Source: a virus (lineage: Duplodnaviria > Caudoviricetes). Taken from it: 64,000 nt of DNA. Under the pieces are notes generated by a model that was given only the letters and a program-made list of their open reading frames with translations, ran no database searches and was not told where the DNA came from. Within the stretch, counting starts at the first letter, position 1. Each line of letters opens with the position of its first letter. The position numbers were made by a program, and so were the translations under genes. Location: positions 96,001 through 160,000 of the IMG/VR virus record IMGVR_UViG_3300005512_000001; one strand, 5' to 3'. Of this stretch, positions 26,261 through 36,513 are shown in pieces.

Positions 26261-28043
26261 AATAAAGAATATACGATTAAAAAACTTTTGGTCGTATGGC
26301 GACTATGATACTAAATTAAACTTAAATAACCTAGGTCCATGCTTAATAACAGGCGAGGTGGTCGACCATGCCGATGTCGACCCAAAAAAGACTAGCAATG
26401 GTGCCGGTAAAAGTGCAATCATAGAAGCGATGTTGTGGTGCTTATTCGGTCGTACTATGAGAATTCCAAACCCAGGCAACAAAGTGGTGAATTTCTTTAC
26501 TAATAAAGATTGCCTTGTTGAAATCGAATTTTGTAATGGCGATGTGCTTAGACGCACACGGAACCTCTCTGGTCACAACGACTTATTGCTAATCAAAGAT
26601 GGCGAAGATATATCGCTTGGCACCACTACAATGGAACAACAACGCCTAAATAATTTACTGGGCCTTGATTGGGATATATTTTGTGGTTCTACATTTTTTT
26701 CGCAATTTGGCAAATCATGGATGGAAATATCTGATACTAAGCGTAAAGAAGCACTAGAACGTGAATTCCATCTCGACAAAATAAAATTATATGCATCGGC
26801 TGCTAAATCCAGATTAGATATTGCGAAGTCGGAACAAGAGAAACTTAAATGGGAAGCCGATGGCATACAGGGTGATATCGATAGGCATACTGAAGAAATA
26901 ACATCTTTTTCTACAGCATCAAAACAATTTGACCAAATTAAACAGGGTAAAATCAGCAGTGTGTTATCTAGAATATCAGATATTCAAGCACAAATAACAA
27001 ATATCCCTGATGTTGATATAGAAAAATTAGAACAGCACTGGAGAACCTGGGAGGAGATATCTCGCAAAATTGATATGCAAAGAGACAAAGTAAAAGATTT
27101 ACAGTGGGTTGCTAATAACATAAGTAGAGACATCCAAAACAACCAGGCACTTATAAACAAATGGCAAGGCAAAAAATCGGTATGCTCTGCGTGCGAGCAA
27201 CCTATCAGCGCAAGACATGTTGCTAGCAAAATCGCAACGCCACAACAAAAAATAACTGCTTTGCAAGCACAGGCAGAAGAAAATCGCAAAGCAACCGAAC
27301 GCAAAAAGGCATCAATCTTGTTAGTAGCTGAAGCTGCCAATAAGAAAAAGCCAACTATGAGTTTGGTCGAAGCTAAAAATTTATTAAGTAAAAAAACTCA
27401 ACTGCAAAAACAAATAACACAAGAGCAGAAGCTGATAGAACAAATATCGTCCGAACAAAACCACTATGATGATACTATAAACACATTAAAAACCAAACTT
27501 GGTGCACTCAAAAAGTCATTATCCACTATAAATAATAAAATCGCGAAATTTGATACAATCATTTTGCATATAAATTATATTTATCGAGCATATCATGATA
27601 GGCGAAAGATAAAAAGTTATATGTTATCTGAATATATTCCCTACTTAAATAATAGGATTGCATATTATTTAGAGAAATTCAAGCTAGACCTCAAAATAGA
27701 ATTCACAAACGCATTAGGCATCAAAAATGAATATTGGGGATATGAATCATTTAGTGGTGGCGAATGCAAGAGGTTTGACGTGGCGATGATGCTTGCTATA
27801 TTCGATTTACATACCTTAATGTATGGTAGGCATTGTAATTTATTGGTGTTCGATGAAGTCGATGGCAGGTTAGATGTAGTTGGTGCCGAAATACTGGCGG
27901 ATATAATAAGGAGTGACTTCGCTGATAAAGTTGATACTATATTAGTTATAAGCCAACGCACAGATATGCGTAGTGCTATGCCGTCAGAAATCAAAATAAT
28001 CAGAGAGGATAGATTCTCTCGCATATCAGAGATTTTGAAATAA
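26253..28043 (+). CDS. sbcC: SbcC/Rad50 (T4 gp46-like) ATPase
   Basis: KNFWSYG, NGAGKS, coiled coil with CSAC hook, FSGGE, VFDE. Confidence 0.93.
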   Translation: MLEIKNIRLKNFWSYGDYDTKLNLNNLGPCLITGEVVDHADVDPKKTSNGAGKSAIIEAMLWCLFGRTMRIPNPGNKVVNFFTNKDCLVEIEFCNGDVLRRTRNLSGHNDLLLIKDGEDISLGTTTMEQQRLNNLLGLDWDIFCGSTFFSQFGKSWMEISDTKRKEALEREFHLDKIKLYASAAKSRLDIAKSEQEKLKWEADGIQGDIDRHTEEITSFSTASKQFDQIKQGKISSVLSRISDIQAQITNIPDVDIEKLEQHWRTWEEISRKIDMQRDKVKDLQWVANNISRDIQNNQALINKWQGKKSVCSACEQPISARHVASKIATPQQKITALQAQAEENRKATERKKASILLVAEAANKKKPTMSLVEAKNLLSKKTQLQKQITQEQKLIEQISSEQNHYDDTINTLKTKLGALKKSLSTINNKIAKFDTIILHINYIYRAYHDRRKIKSYMLSEYIPYLNNRIAYYLEKFKLDLKIEFTNALGIKNEYWGYESFSGGECKRFDVAMMLAIFDLHTLMYGRHCNLLVFDEVDGRLDVVGAEILADIIRSDFADKVDTILVISQRTDMRSAMPSEIKIIREDRFSRISEILK

Positions 28044-28068
28044 TTCAAATATATTAATGAGGTGATTT

Positions 28069-28605
28069 ATGAGTCTTTCTGATAATTTAGAATATATCTT
28101 CAATTCAGAACTAGCAAAAAGGTTGTTAATACGTTATTTCTCTACCAAAGGTTTCCATGAGAATTTCGACAAAAAAGTATATCCACCACAGATTCAAGAC
28201 TTGGTTGAATCTGTGCCAGAATTAAATGGTAAGTTGGAGATAATCCCGCATGCTATAGAAGTAGACCCAACTAATGGTTTCGCCAGAATTGGTTGGAATT
28301 TATTTATTTTGGGCAATCAGCGAATGTATTTAGGTGAGACTGAACATTCACAGCTTCAAGAACTAGCCCAGCAACTTGAATCTGGAATGGTAGTTGTTGA
28401 GGGAGAAGAAGAACAGGCTATGCGGCAAGGAAGAAGTGCAAGAGACATTATTGGATGGATAGTTCGAGTGCTTGGGAAAAATGAGGCTGGGATTATTCGC
28501 ATGATACCACAAGCAGACCAAATGGGATTCCAACACCTAGGCCCTCAAGGCACCGATTTCTATGAAAGACCTAGAACTATACGACCAGAAACGAAGTTCA
28601 ATTAA
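28069..28605 (+). CDS. hypothetical protein
   Basis: GAGG RBS; CAAATAT upstream. Confidence 0.7.
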   Translation: MSLSDNLEYIFNSELAKRLLIRYFSTKGFHENFDKKVYPPQIQDLVESVPELNGKLEIIPHAIEVDPTNGFARIGWNLFILGNQRMYLGETEHSQLQELAQQLESGMVVVEGEEEQAMRQGRSARDIIGWIVRVLGKNEAGIIRMIPQADQMGFQHLGPQGTDFYERPRTIRPETKFN

Positions 28606-29035
28606 ATCTCACGCGGACATACTTTCCTGGGTTGAGATGCTTGCAAAAGTCGCATTCAGTATTGCATAATTCCCACTCTTTACTATATATTTCATAACCA
28701 CATGCTCTATCAACATACTCAAATCTAAGTGCATTCAAACACCGTTCACAAGCTATGCCAACTATAATTATAGCTTGCTTTAACCCATAATCGCCTGAAT
28801 TAACCATGCCTAGCACTAAGTCTTCCGACCATGTACTATTAGTAGTGTTGATTAAAATAGATTTTGAATTTGGTTGTGTATCTAGCCTATAAGTAACGTG
28901 CGTCACATCGCAGCCGATATGATGGTAATATACAGCATCTTTTGGCACAACTATTCCATAGCTAAAATTTGGATAGACTTTGTTGCCATCTTTATCTTCC
29001 CACCATGTTGTCTGTATATTATCTTTTATGTTCAA
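28598..29035 (-). CDS. hypothetical Cys-rich protein
   Basis: CERC...CNTECDFC. Confidence 0.6.
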   Translation of the reverse strand: MNIKDNIQTTWWEDKDGNKVYPNFSYGIVVPKDAVYYHHIGCDVTHVTYRLDTQPNSKSILINTTNSTWSEDLVLGMVNSGDYGLKQAIIIVGIACERCLNALRFEYVDRACGYEIYSKEWELCNTECDFCKHLNPGKYVRVRFN

Positions 29036-30545
29036 AGCAACACTCGCATGCCTTAACTAGCTTCTGCCGCCCGTCTACTTTTATAAATCCATGTTTAATA
29101 GTAATTACAGCGCCAACGGTCCATTCTCCATCAGAAGTAAAGTTTTCGATGCACCCACATTCTGACCCAATGTGGGCGGTGTTATCTGGCATAATTAACA
29201 CCATGTCGCCGCATCCGACTAAATATTTAGTTTTGTCATTATTATCTGGGCTCATAGCATTGCAGATATTTTTTATAATTCGTTTATGCTCTTCTACTTT
29301 TTTAATTGAAACCCCCAAAAATTTTGCGATATGAGATTTGGCTGCTTCTTTAGCACCATATCGCTTAGAGAATTCATCCCAGATTGGGCCGCGCTGTGAA
29401 TAGATTCTAAAAATTGCTTTGCTGATATAGTCTTGTAAGTTATTATAAGCAACTGTCATCCAGTCGTCTTCATCCACACTGATGTCGTGCGATATATTGT
29501 CTCTATTCGCATTAGATTCTAATGTATCTGACCAGTTACGAGATTCATCATTGCCACTACTATTTTTAGGTGTGTTCATACTGAGCATTATTACAGGGTC
29601 TTCTGTAACAATAGTAGATTCAATGATAGGCGATACACCCTTAGCAACAATTTTTACCGAGAAAAATGTGGGAGTAATCTCCACATCATAATTCTTATAT
29701 TTATATATCATGGAGATTATGAACTTGCTCCAATCTAACTCCAAGGCCATAATGCTAGCTAATATTTCAACTTCACTGTTGTTGATACTGGATTCATCTA
29801 CATAATATTTATGGCCTAGCCTTTTAAATTCATTTATTAGTTCATACACAGCAACAGTATGTGCAGGCCCAGAGATATTGACTTGATGCTTGTTGTGGGT
29901 TCGTATCGCATTCTCATTCAATATCTGTCTAAAGTAGTTCCATACCCATACTGAATACCATTTGCCACGTTGTTCTTTGTCGTCCAAAATCTTATGTGGG
30001 TCAGCCACTTTTCTATTGCCAAGTATAGGTTTTATGGGCGATTGTAATATCTTCTCTATGTCGACTCTTTTGCGGAAAAATTCACTAATTCTTTCCCCAT
30101 CTCCATCTACCAAGTAATATCCATGCGACTCTTTCTTAAGTGATGCTACTTGGTCGTTTAAGAATGTTCGTGTGCAATATGGACACACCTTATATTGCCT
30201 ATCAAAAGACTTCTTTTTATTTGTCGAGGTGGTATATTCGACCTCGCCACATAATGTACAGTGATATGTATAATTCCTATGGTGCAATAGATAAACTGTA
30301 GCACGCCACACAGCAATACGGAATTCCTGCTCGGCCACATCTCTATCTGACTTATAGTCACTGCGAATAGTATTGCCAAGTTGTTTTATAAACTCGAATT
30401 TATCTGCTGCCAACACGGGGTCAGCCATTATCATCTTGACTATCTTATCGACTTCTTTTATTTGTGTTTGTGTTAAATTACCCATTGTCTGGGTTGCAAG
30501 AGAACCTCTAATATATAGTTCAGACAATTGCATCAACCGTGACAT
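29019..30545 (-). CDS. large sigma70-like factor (split region 2 and region 4 HTH) with Zn-ribbon insert
   Basis: DVAEQEFRIAVWRA, WYSVWVWNYFRQ, KSHIAKFLGVSIKKVEEHK; CTLC...CPYC. Confidence 0.5.
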   Translation of the reverse strand: MSRLMQLSELYIRGSLATQTMGNLTQTQIKEVDKIVKMIMADPVLAADKFEFIKQLGNTIRSDYKSDRDVAEQEFRIAVWRATVYLLHHRNYTYHCTLCGEVEYTTSTNKKKSFDRQYKVCPYCTRTFLNDQVASLKKESHGYYLVDGDGERISEFFRKRVDIEKILQSPIKPILGNRKVADPHKILDDKEQRGKWYSVWVWNYFRQILNENAIRTHNKHQVNISGPAHTVAVYELINEFKRLGHKYYVDESSINNSEVEILASIMALELDWSKFIISMIYKYKNYDVEITPTFFSVKIVAKGVSPIIESTIVTEDPVIMLSMNTPKNSSGNDESRNWSDTLESNANRDNISHDISVDEDDWMTVAYNNLQDYISKAIFRIYSQRGPIWDEFSKRYGAKEAAKSHIAKFLGVSIKKVEEHKRIIKNICNAMSPDNNDKTKYLVGCGDMVLIMPDNTAHIGSECGCIENFTSDGEWTVGAVITIKHGFIKVDGRQKLVKACECCFEHKR

Positions 30546-30590
30546 TAGCGTCTCCGTGCATCAAAAAATTTTATTAGGTATTTAAATTAT

Positions 30591-31238
30591 ATGGGAAAAT
30601 ATTGCGATCCAAAAATACTAGAATCAACATGGCTTGCTTTCATGCTTGCATATAGAACTCCTGAACTGAACGACATTAGAAACACTGGGCTATTGTTCAC
30701 GCAATATAACAATTGCCTAAAACATTGTGTGGCATCTACACAGCAATATTCATTTACTGCTGATAATGACATAATTAGTGCCCACGATTTAAACAATGCA
30801 ACTAAAGCTAGTTTTTACCCATTAGACTTAACGTTGGCGCATCGCCTCGTTGATGACAATTATACACATGAGGTTCCCATAGAAGAAAGCTGGCATGGTT
30901 TGACATCGATGGTCTATAAAATTTGTTGTGGCGTAGCATTAAATTTCAGACCACCAAATGATGATGTGAAGAACGAGTTAATCCAAGAAGCATTCGCCCA
31001 CACGCTTACAAAAATACATAGAAATAAGCTACGAATGGAACCTGGTCGTGCACCAGCGTTTAATTTATTGACAACTGCTATTTTTAGAATTATGTATTCC
31101 ATTAAAAATAAAGAGAAGCGCAATCGCGACCATAAATCGCAATTAGTAGAACAGTTAGTATGCGGGAATAAATTGCCAGATTTCAATAGTATTCGCGTAT
31201 CGAAGAGTCTTATTGGCCATGCCAAAATTAAAACATAA
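30591..31238 (+). CDS. T4 gp55-like phage sigma factor
   Basis: KIC.GVA.NF....NELIQEA........AFNLLTTAI......KEKR pattern. Confidence 0.6.
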   Translation: MGKYCDPKILESTWLAFMLAYRTPELNDIRNTGLLFTQYNNCLKHCVASTQQYSFTADNDIISAHDLNNATKASFYPLDLTLAHRLVDDNYTHEVPIEESWHGLTSMVYKICCGVALNFRPPNDDVKNELIQEAFAHTLTKIHRNKLRMEPGRAPAFNLLTTAIFRIMYSIKNKEKRNRDHKSQLVEQLVCGNKLPDFNSIRVSKSLIGHAKIKT

Positions 31239-32196
31239 CAGAACTATTCGTGTCAAGTCTATTGCAGGACACCCTGTGCGACCAGCCAAAGCATCGATCG
31301 TCTCAAACTTAAAGCATAGGCTGAAACCAACACCTGTAAAATCAATAGTAGCTAAACCACCTCAACCAGGCAAAGTAATATCGCCGAATCCTCGGAAAAT
31401 AAAAGCGACATCTAGACGCACCACTTCATTGGCTACAAAACGCACCATAAGGCAACTACCCAATACTAGGGCACGCATAGGCGGCAAAAGGCAGCCTGTG
31501 AATAGGCGGTCAGCTACTAGTAATGGCGAGGCCATAAAAATCCTCCGCAACATAGGTGTAAATAGAATCCTAATTATTGTCGGAAATGGCCCATCCCATA
31601 AAGAGGCTGCATTAGACGAGCTATTAAAATATTCATATATAGATTTTATGTCTGTAAATCGCCCAGATGATCGCATATGGCCAACGAAGCATTGGATATT
31701 TTGCGATAACTCACAACAAAGACGACACAAACCATTGTGGGCATCATATAATGGCACACTAATAAACTCGTCCGCCATTAAACAAATAAAACCAAATTCC
31801 ACATTGATAAAATCATTACATGGCAAGGGATTTAGTCAGAATTTAATTAAAGGGATGTATATTGGCAGGTCTAGTGTATATGCTGCTATACAAGTCGGCG
31901 TTTGGATGAATTATGACCATATCTATGTATTTGGATGTGATATGACCGCTGTTGGCGGCAAATTATATCCATGGGGAACAAACCCTGATGTGCCAGACCA
32001 GAGTAGAGAGAAGCGATTTAAGCATGAAGCCGAACATTATGCATGGATGGCGAATAATATACCAAAGCCGGTGCGGAACACGATAACATTTTGCACACGG
32101 TATAATACCTGGCCATTTATAAAATCATTCGAGCAATTAGACCACATCGCAGCTATTAGCAAGATTTCTGATAGGCATACTGATTTAAGTACATAG
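31219..32196 (+). CDS. Maf/DUF115 (GT42/CstII-like) glycosyltransferase with basic N-terminal extension
   Basis: IIVGNGPS, SVNR, FCD, SSVYAAIQ..VWM.YDHIYVFGCDM. Confidence 0.75.
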   Translation: MPKLKHNRTIRVKSIAGHPVRPAKASIVSNLKHRLKPTPVKSIVAKPPQPGKVISPNPRKIKATSRRTTSLATKRTIRQLPNTRARIGGKRQPVNRRSATSNGEAIKILRNIGVNRILIIVGNGPSHKEAALDELLKYSYIDFMSVNRPDDRIWPTKHWIFCDNSQQRRHKPLWASYNGTLINSSAIKQIKPNSTLIKSLHGKGFSQNLIKGMYIGRSSVYAAIQVGVWMNYDHIYVFGCDMTAVGGKLYPWGTNPDVPDQSREKRFKHEAEHYAWMANNIPKPVRNTITFCTRYNTWPFIKSFEQLDHIAAISKISDRHTDLST

Positions 32197-32200
32197 TCGT

Positions 32201-32473
32201 ATGAATATGTTGCTTAAACTCGGTAAAAATGGCCATCCAATAACTAGAAAAATAAAAGTTCCATTAAGCCATTTAGAACTTAAGCTCATTGATAATTGCG
32301 GTGTGGATATTGAAATTGGCGACAGGAAACCAATAATGACTCATATGTTTCTTGTGCGCGGACCTGGAATAAACTCAAATCTTGTTAAAAGTGTTAAGTT
32401 ACCAAAACTAACATATGACGACGCATGTGAAGCTATTGCTATTGTAGAATCATACGTCTTACATGGAGATTAA
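32201..32473 (+). CDS. hypothetical protein
   Basis: 90-aa ORF. Confidence 0.55.
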   Translation: MNMLLKLGKNGHPITRKIKVPLSHLELKLIDNCGVDIEIGDRKPIMTHMFLVRGPGINSNLVKSVKLPKLTYDDACEAIAIVESYVLHGD

Positions 32474-35400
32474 GCAGAATCACCGTCAATTGCCTCGTAT
32501 GCACCCATATCGACCCTTGAACCCTGCGGCCTAGTGACACCATTTATACCAACACTGATATCTTCACCATATAAGTAGAAATACAAGTCAATGTATTCTT
32601 GGAGTGACCCATTTCCAGTTCCGCTTGGAGCACCAGCATTAATAGCTGGCGATATTATACTGCCATCTTTAAGGTCGAAGTCATTATTAACTAAATCAAC
32701 AAACTCGGGGTCTCCCTCTATGCAACCTTCGCCCTTGCCAGTAGCATTCTGGAAGTCAACTATTGAGGCATAAACTCCACTCCAAAGCATTCTAATGGTA
32801 GAATCGCTATGTGGGTCTAATAAATTATATTCCATATCAGAAGTGCTGGCAGTAGAACCCTCAAAATTGATGTGATAATTTCCATCTGTTATCTCGGCTA
32901 CGATGTTGTTTATTAAATTAATGCCATTATTAAAGCCAGCAGTTAGTCCAACGTCGCAATTACTTATTGTGTTGTTTATGAAATAAGTGTTGATTGAATT
33001 TCTCGCATGGAAGCCCACACCAATGGTGTATACACTATCTGGGTCTACTACTACATCACCATGGCTCATATTGTATATCTCATTGCCTATGACGTAAAAG
33101 TTTGTTGATTCAGTGGTTTCTATGCCATTCTCACCATCATGGATGCTGTTATTAATAAACCAAACTCTTTCTGGATTATAATGTATAACATTAGTCGCAC
33201 CAGGTCGCGGTTTGTACGCTCTACCAAATGCATATGTCTCATTTTCTGAACATACAACATCTTGGCACTCTTTTATATCAATAGCGTTTTCGCCTTCATG
33301 GTGCATAGTATTTCTAGCGACATAAATAAATTCATCGCTACTTAAATCATCGTCCATTCCATTAACTTGTATTGAATCGCCACCATTGTGATACATTTCA
33401 TTATCTATAACCCACACTCTACGTGCATATGAGTTCACAGTAACAGCATGAATGTCATTTTCATCTACCGATTGCCAATCACCATTATCATATATGATAT
33501 TATTATAAAATATGATATCATATATATAGTCAGTTGACTCTGTGCAGTAAATTGATACTCCGCCACCATCACGGCATGTGCAAGTCCTAATTATAATGTG
33601 ATGCGCATCATTTCTGCAGGTTGCACTTACTAAATCCAAATTTTCAACTATCAAATAATACGATGGATTATAATAACCTATATTAAGAACTCTATCGAGC
33701 CTTGGTAATTCCATATCGCTAGTACCACGCAAAAAGACTGGTAATTCTGCTGTACCATTTGCATATACGGAATTCTTCCCAGCTGCCCCAAGATACCCAT
33801 CTCCATGTACTTCAACAACACTGCCAGCCGCTAGAGTCTGTGGTATTGTTACTCTAGGTAAACTCGGAGTTCCATAAGTATTGCCACTATCTGTTGCGAG
33901 TGGGTCCTCTCTATCAACATAATGCGTATATGGCCCATCAGACCCAATTTTATATGGCTCTGGCCCAGCACCATAATCATAAGTATATTGTTCTCCAGTC
34001 CCATTCAGCCCGGCGTACATCCAATGTGTTTGTTCTATGCTAAATTCAGGTCTTGGTATACCAGTTGGTTTAACCCATATACCAATGCGTTCAATTTGTA
34101 TATTGTTGGTGGTGTCACTCTCACGCACCTCAACAGTTAATGTTCGCCCACGGATTAGAACAGGGTCGCCAATATTTTTCCATGGCCCTTCGGTATCAAC
34201 ATAATCGTCCGGCGGCACTGTCTGGTCTACCGTTTCAGCTTCAAGTAGGTTTGAAATATCAGAGTTTACATTGTTTACAACCCTATATTCTGCTTCAGTA
34301 GACCCAACTGTATCTGGGTCCCATGTAGCAGAAACTTGGTATTCATAACCAGGAGATAGGTTTTCGAATGCAAATACTGCTACAACACCAGAACTAGAAG
34401 AGCTAGTACTCGATGAGCTAACAGAGCTAGATGAACTGCTAGTACTCAATGAACTCGACGAGCTACTTACCGAAGAACTAGAGCTACTTACTGAAGAACT
34501 AGAACTAGACACCGAAGAGCTAGAACTCGATGAACTAGAAGAATAGCCAGATGAACTTGATGAACTCGATGAGCTACTTACTGACGAACTAGAGGAGCTA
34601 GAGGGCACCGCAACCTCGCCAATAGCACCCATAGAGAAAACAGCCATACTATTTCTTGGTTTAATAAGGTCATAATAACCTCTAGCATGCTCATGGATTT
34701 CACCGGCACTCAACGCCCGATTCCACATAGCCGCCATCCCAACCCAACCGTCCCAATAAGAGGTCTCGGCATTCCGGCCACCTATTATTAACGGATGGGA
34801 AGTATCAGCTATATCACCAGCAGTATCAGCGGCATTTTCCGCCCCTATCTCTCCATTATAATAAATAGCGCTATAGCCACTCTTGCGAACACATGTTAAT
34901 ATAAACCAATTTCTCGGGTCACGACCCGATGCTGGGTCAAGACCTAGAGGCCAGTTCGTCTGCCAATTATCGCCGCCTGTCACATCGCCGAACCATAATA
35001 GATTCTCGCTTTGTTGCCATACTAGCTCAAACGAATCGATACCGCTACCAGAACGATAAAATATATATTCTGAGCCAGTGGTAATCACCCCTTTATAATT
35101 TCTGGCCAAAATACTAACAGTGACTTCATTTACATCTAGCCTAGAATTATTAGCAACCTCAACAATCCCCAACGCCATTGCCTGGCCTTCCCAATCCCAA
35201 TTAGGGCCAGTCGGTGTCCCAAATAGTGTTTGGTCGGCAACGTTCATTACTCTGTCGCCAGTTCCTTCCCAGAAAGGCCAGTAACCTACTAATCCATTAG
35301 AAAGAGGATGCTTATTGTTAATGCCTGGTGCCCATATACGTGGTTTAACCATCGTCAATGCATTAGGTGCACCAGCTGGCGATATTTGAGAACTCGATGA

Positions 35401-36489
35401 GCTACTTACTGACGAACTAGAACTAGACACCGAAGAGCTAGAACTCGACGAGCTGCTAGGCGACACTATACTAGAGCTAGATGAACTACTGTATGGTGGT
35501 GATACTATAGAACTCGACGAGCTACTTACTGACGAACTAGAGGAACTACTTACGCTCGATGAACTACTTACTGACGAACTAGAGGAGCTACTTACGCTCG
35601 ATGAGCTACTTACTGAAGAACTACTGCTACTTATGCTCGATGAGGAGCTACTTACTGATGAACTAGAAGAGCTACTTACGCTCGATGAGCTACTTACTGA
35701 CGAACTAGAACTAGACACCGAAGAGCTAGAACTCGATGAGCTGCTAGGCGACACTATACTAGAGCTAGATGAACTACTGTATGGTGGTGATACTATAGAA
35801 CTCGACGAGCTACTTACCGAAGAACTAGAGGAGCTACTTACGCTCGATGAGCTACTTACTGAAGAACTACTGCTACTTATGCTCGATGAGGAGCTACTTA
35901 CTGAAGAACTACTGCTACTTATGCTCGATGAGGAGCTACTTACTGAAGAACTAGAAGAACTGCTCGCACTAGATGAGGAGCTACTTACCGACGAACTACT
36001 GCTACTTATGCTCGATGAGGAGCTACTTACTGAAGAACTAGAAGAACTGCTCGCACTAGATGAGGAGCTACTTACCGACGAACTACTGCTACTTACGCTC
36101 GATGAGGAGCTACTTACTGACGAACTACTGCTACTTATGCTCGATGAGGAGCTACTTACTGATGAACTGCTACTACTAGATGAGCTTGATGAACTCGGGA
36201 CAAAATCTGGGTCATATATAGTGCTAGTAAATTTGTATGCTGATATTTTGCCAGATAATATAAAATCATTAATTTGCGAGGCATTAAAACGCGTTGCTTC
36301 TATATATATAATTTCATCTATAGATAATGTTATAAGTCCACCAACATAGTGTGGAATTCTAGAATGGACCAATATTCGTGAAGCGGGTATAGTTCCACAA
36401 ATTAATGACAGCCTTTGCCCACTAATATTGGTAACAACTATTATTTCTTTGGTCAGACGAGTCTGATTCGTCTTACGTACCCGCTTCAT
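32470..36489 (-). CDS. putative tail spike/adhesin: poly-Ser linker, LamG domain, poly-Ser, golvesin-C-like module, right-handed beta-helix
   Basis: GLVGYWPFWEGTG...WNRALS (LamG); YQVSATW...VDQ..PDD; NxxYxNG repeats; SPAINAG...RPQG...DMGAYE. Confidence 0.8.
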   Translation of the reverse strand: MKRVRKTNQTRLTKEIIVVTNISGQRLSLICGTIPASRILVHSRIPHYVGGLITLSIDEIIYIEATRFNASQINDFILSGKISAYKFTSTIYDPDFVPSSSSSSSSSSSSVSSSSSSISSSSSSVSSSSSSVSSSSSSVSSSSSSASSSSSSSVSSSSSSISSSSSSVSSSSSSASSSSSSSVSSSSSSISSSSSSVSSSSSSISSSSSSVSSSSSVSSSSSSSVSSSSSSIVSPPYSSSSSSSIVSPSSSSSSSSSVSSSSSSVSSSSSVSSSSSSSVSSSSSSISSSSSSVSSSSSVSSSSSSSVSSSSSVSSSSSSSVSSSSSSIVSPPYSSSSSSSIVSPSSSSSSSSSVSSSSSSVSSSSSSQISPAGAPNALTMVKPRIWAPGINNKHPLSNGLVGYWPFWEGTGDRVMNVADQTLFGTPTGPNWDWEGQAMALGIVEVANNSRLDVNEVTVSILARNYKGVITTGSEYIFYRSGSGIDSFELVWQQSENLLWFGDVTGGDNWQTNWPLGLDPASGRDPRNWFILTCVRKSGYSAIYYNGEIGAENAADTAGDIADTSHPLIIGGRNAETSYWDGWVGMAAMWNRALSAGEIHEHARGYYDLIKPRNSMAVFSMGAIGEVAVPSSSSSSSVSSSSSSSSSSGYSSSSSSSSSSVSSSSSSVSSSSSSVSSSSSSLSTSSSSSSVSSSSTSSSSSGVVAVFAFENLSPGYEYQVSATWDPDTVGSTEAEYRVVNNVNSDISNLLEAETVDQTVPPDDYVDTEGPWKNIGDPVLIRGRTLTVEVRESDTTNNIQIERIGIWVKPTGIPRPEFSIEQTHWMYAGLNGTGEQYTYDYGAGPEPYKIGSDGPYTHYVDREDPLATDSGNTYGTPSLPRVTIPQTLAAGSVVEVHGDGYLGAAGKNSVYANGTAELPVFLRGTSDMELPRLDRVLNIGYYNPSYYLIVENLDLVSATCRNDAHHIIIRTCTCRDGGGVSIYCTESTDYIYDIIFYNNIIYDNGDWQSVDENDIHAVTVNSYARRVWVIDNEMYHNGGDSIQVNGMDDDLSSDEFIYVARNTMHHEGENAIDIKECQDVVCSENETYAFGRAYKPRPGATNVIHYNPERVWFINNSIHDGENGIETTESTNFYVIGNEIYNMSHGDVVVDPDSVYTIGVGFHARNSINTYFINNTISNCDVGLTAGFNNGINLINNIVAEITDGNYHINFEGSTASTSDMEYNLLDPHSDSTIRMLWSGVYASIVDFQNATGKGEGCIEGDPEFVDLVNNDFDLKDGSIISPAINAGAPSGTGNGSLQEYIDLYFYLYGEDISVGINGVTRPQGSRVDMGAYEAIDGDSA
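35388..36197 (-). repeat. poly-serine coding repeats including a duplicated IVSPPYSSSSSSSIVSP block
   Basis: seen directly; second tract at about 34390-34603. Confidence 0.9.
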
Positions 36490-36513
36490 ATATATATATT
36501 TGTCAGATTTGGA

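Noticed and set aside
35633-36349. 238-aa plus-strand ORF of LDEELL repeats
   Set aside because: It is the antisense shadow of the poly-Ser codons of the spike gene.
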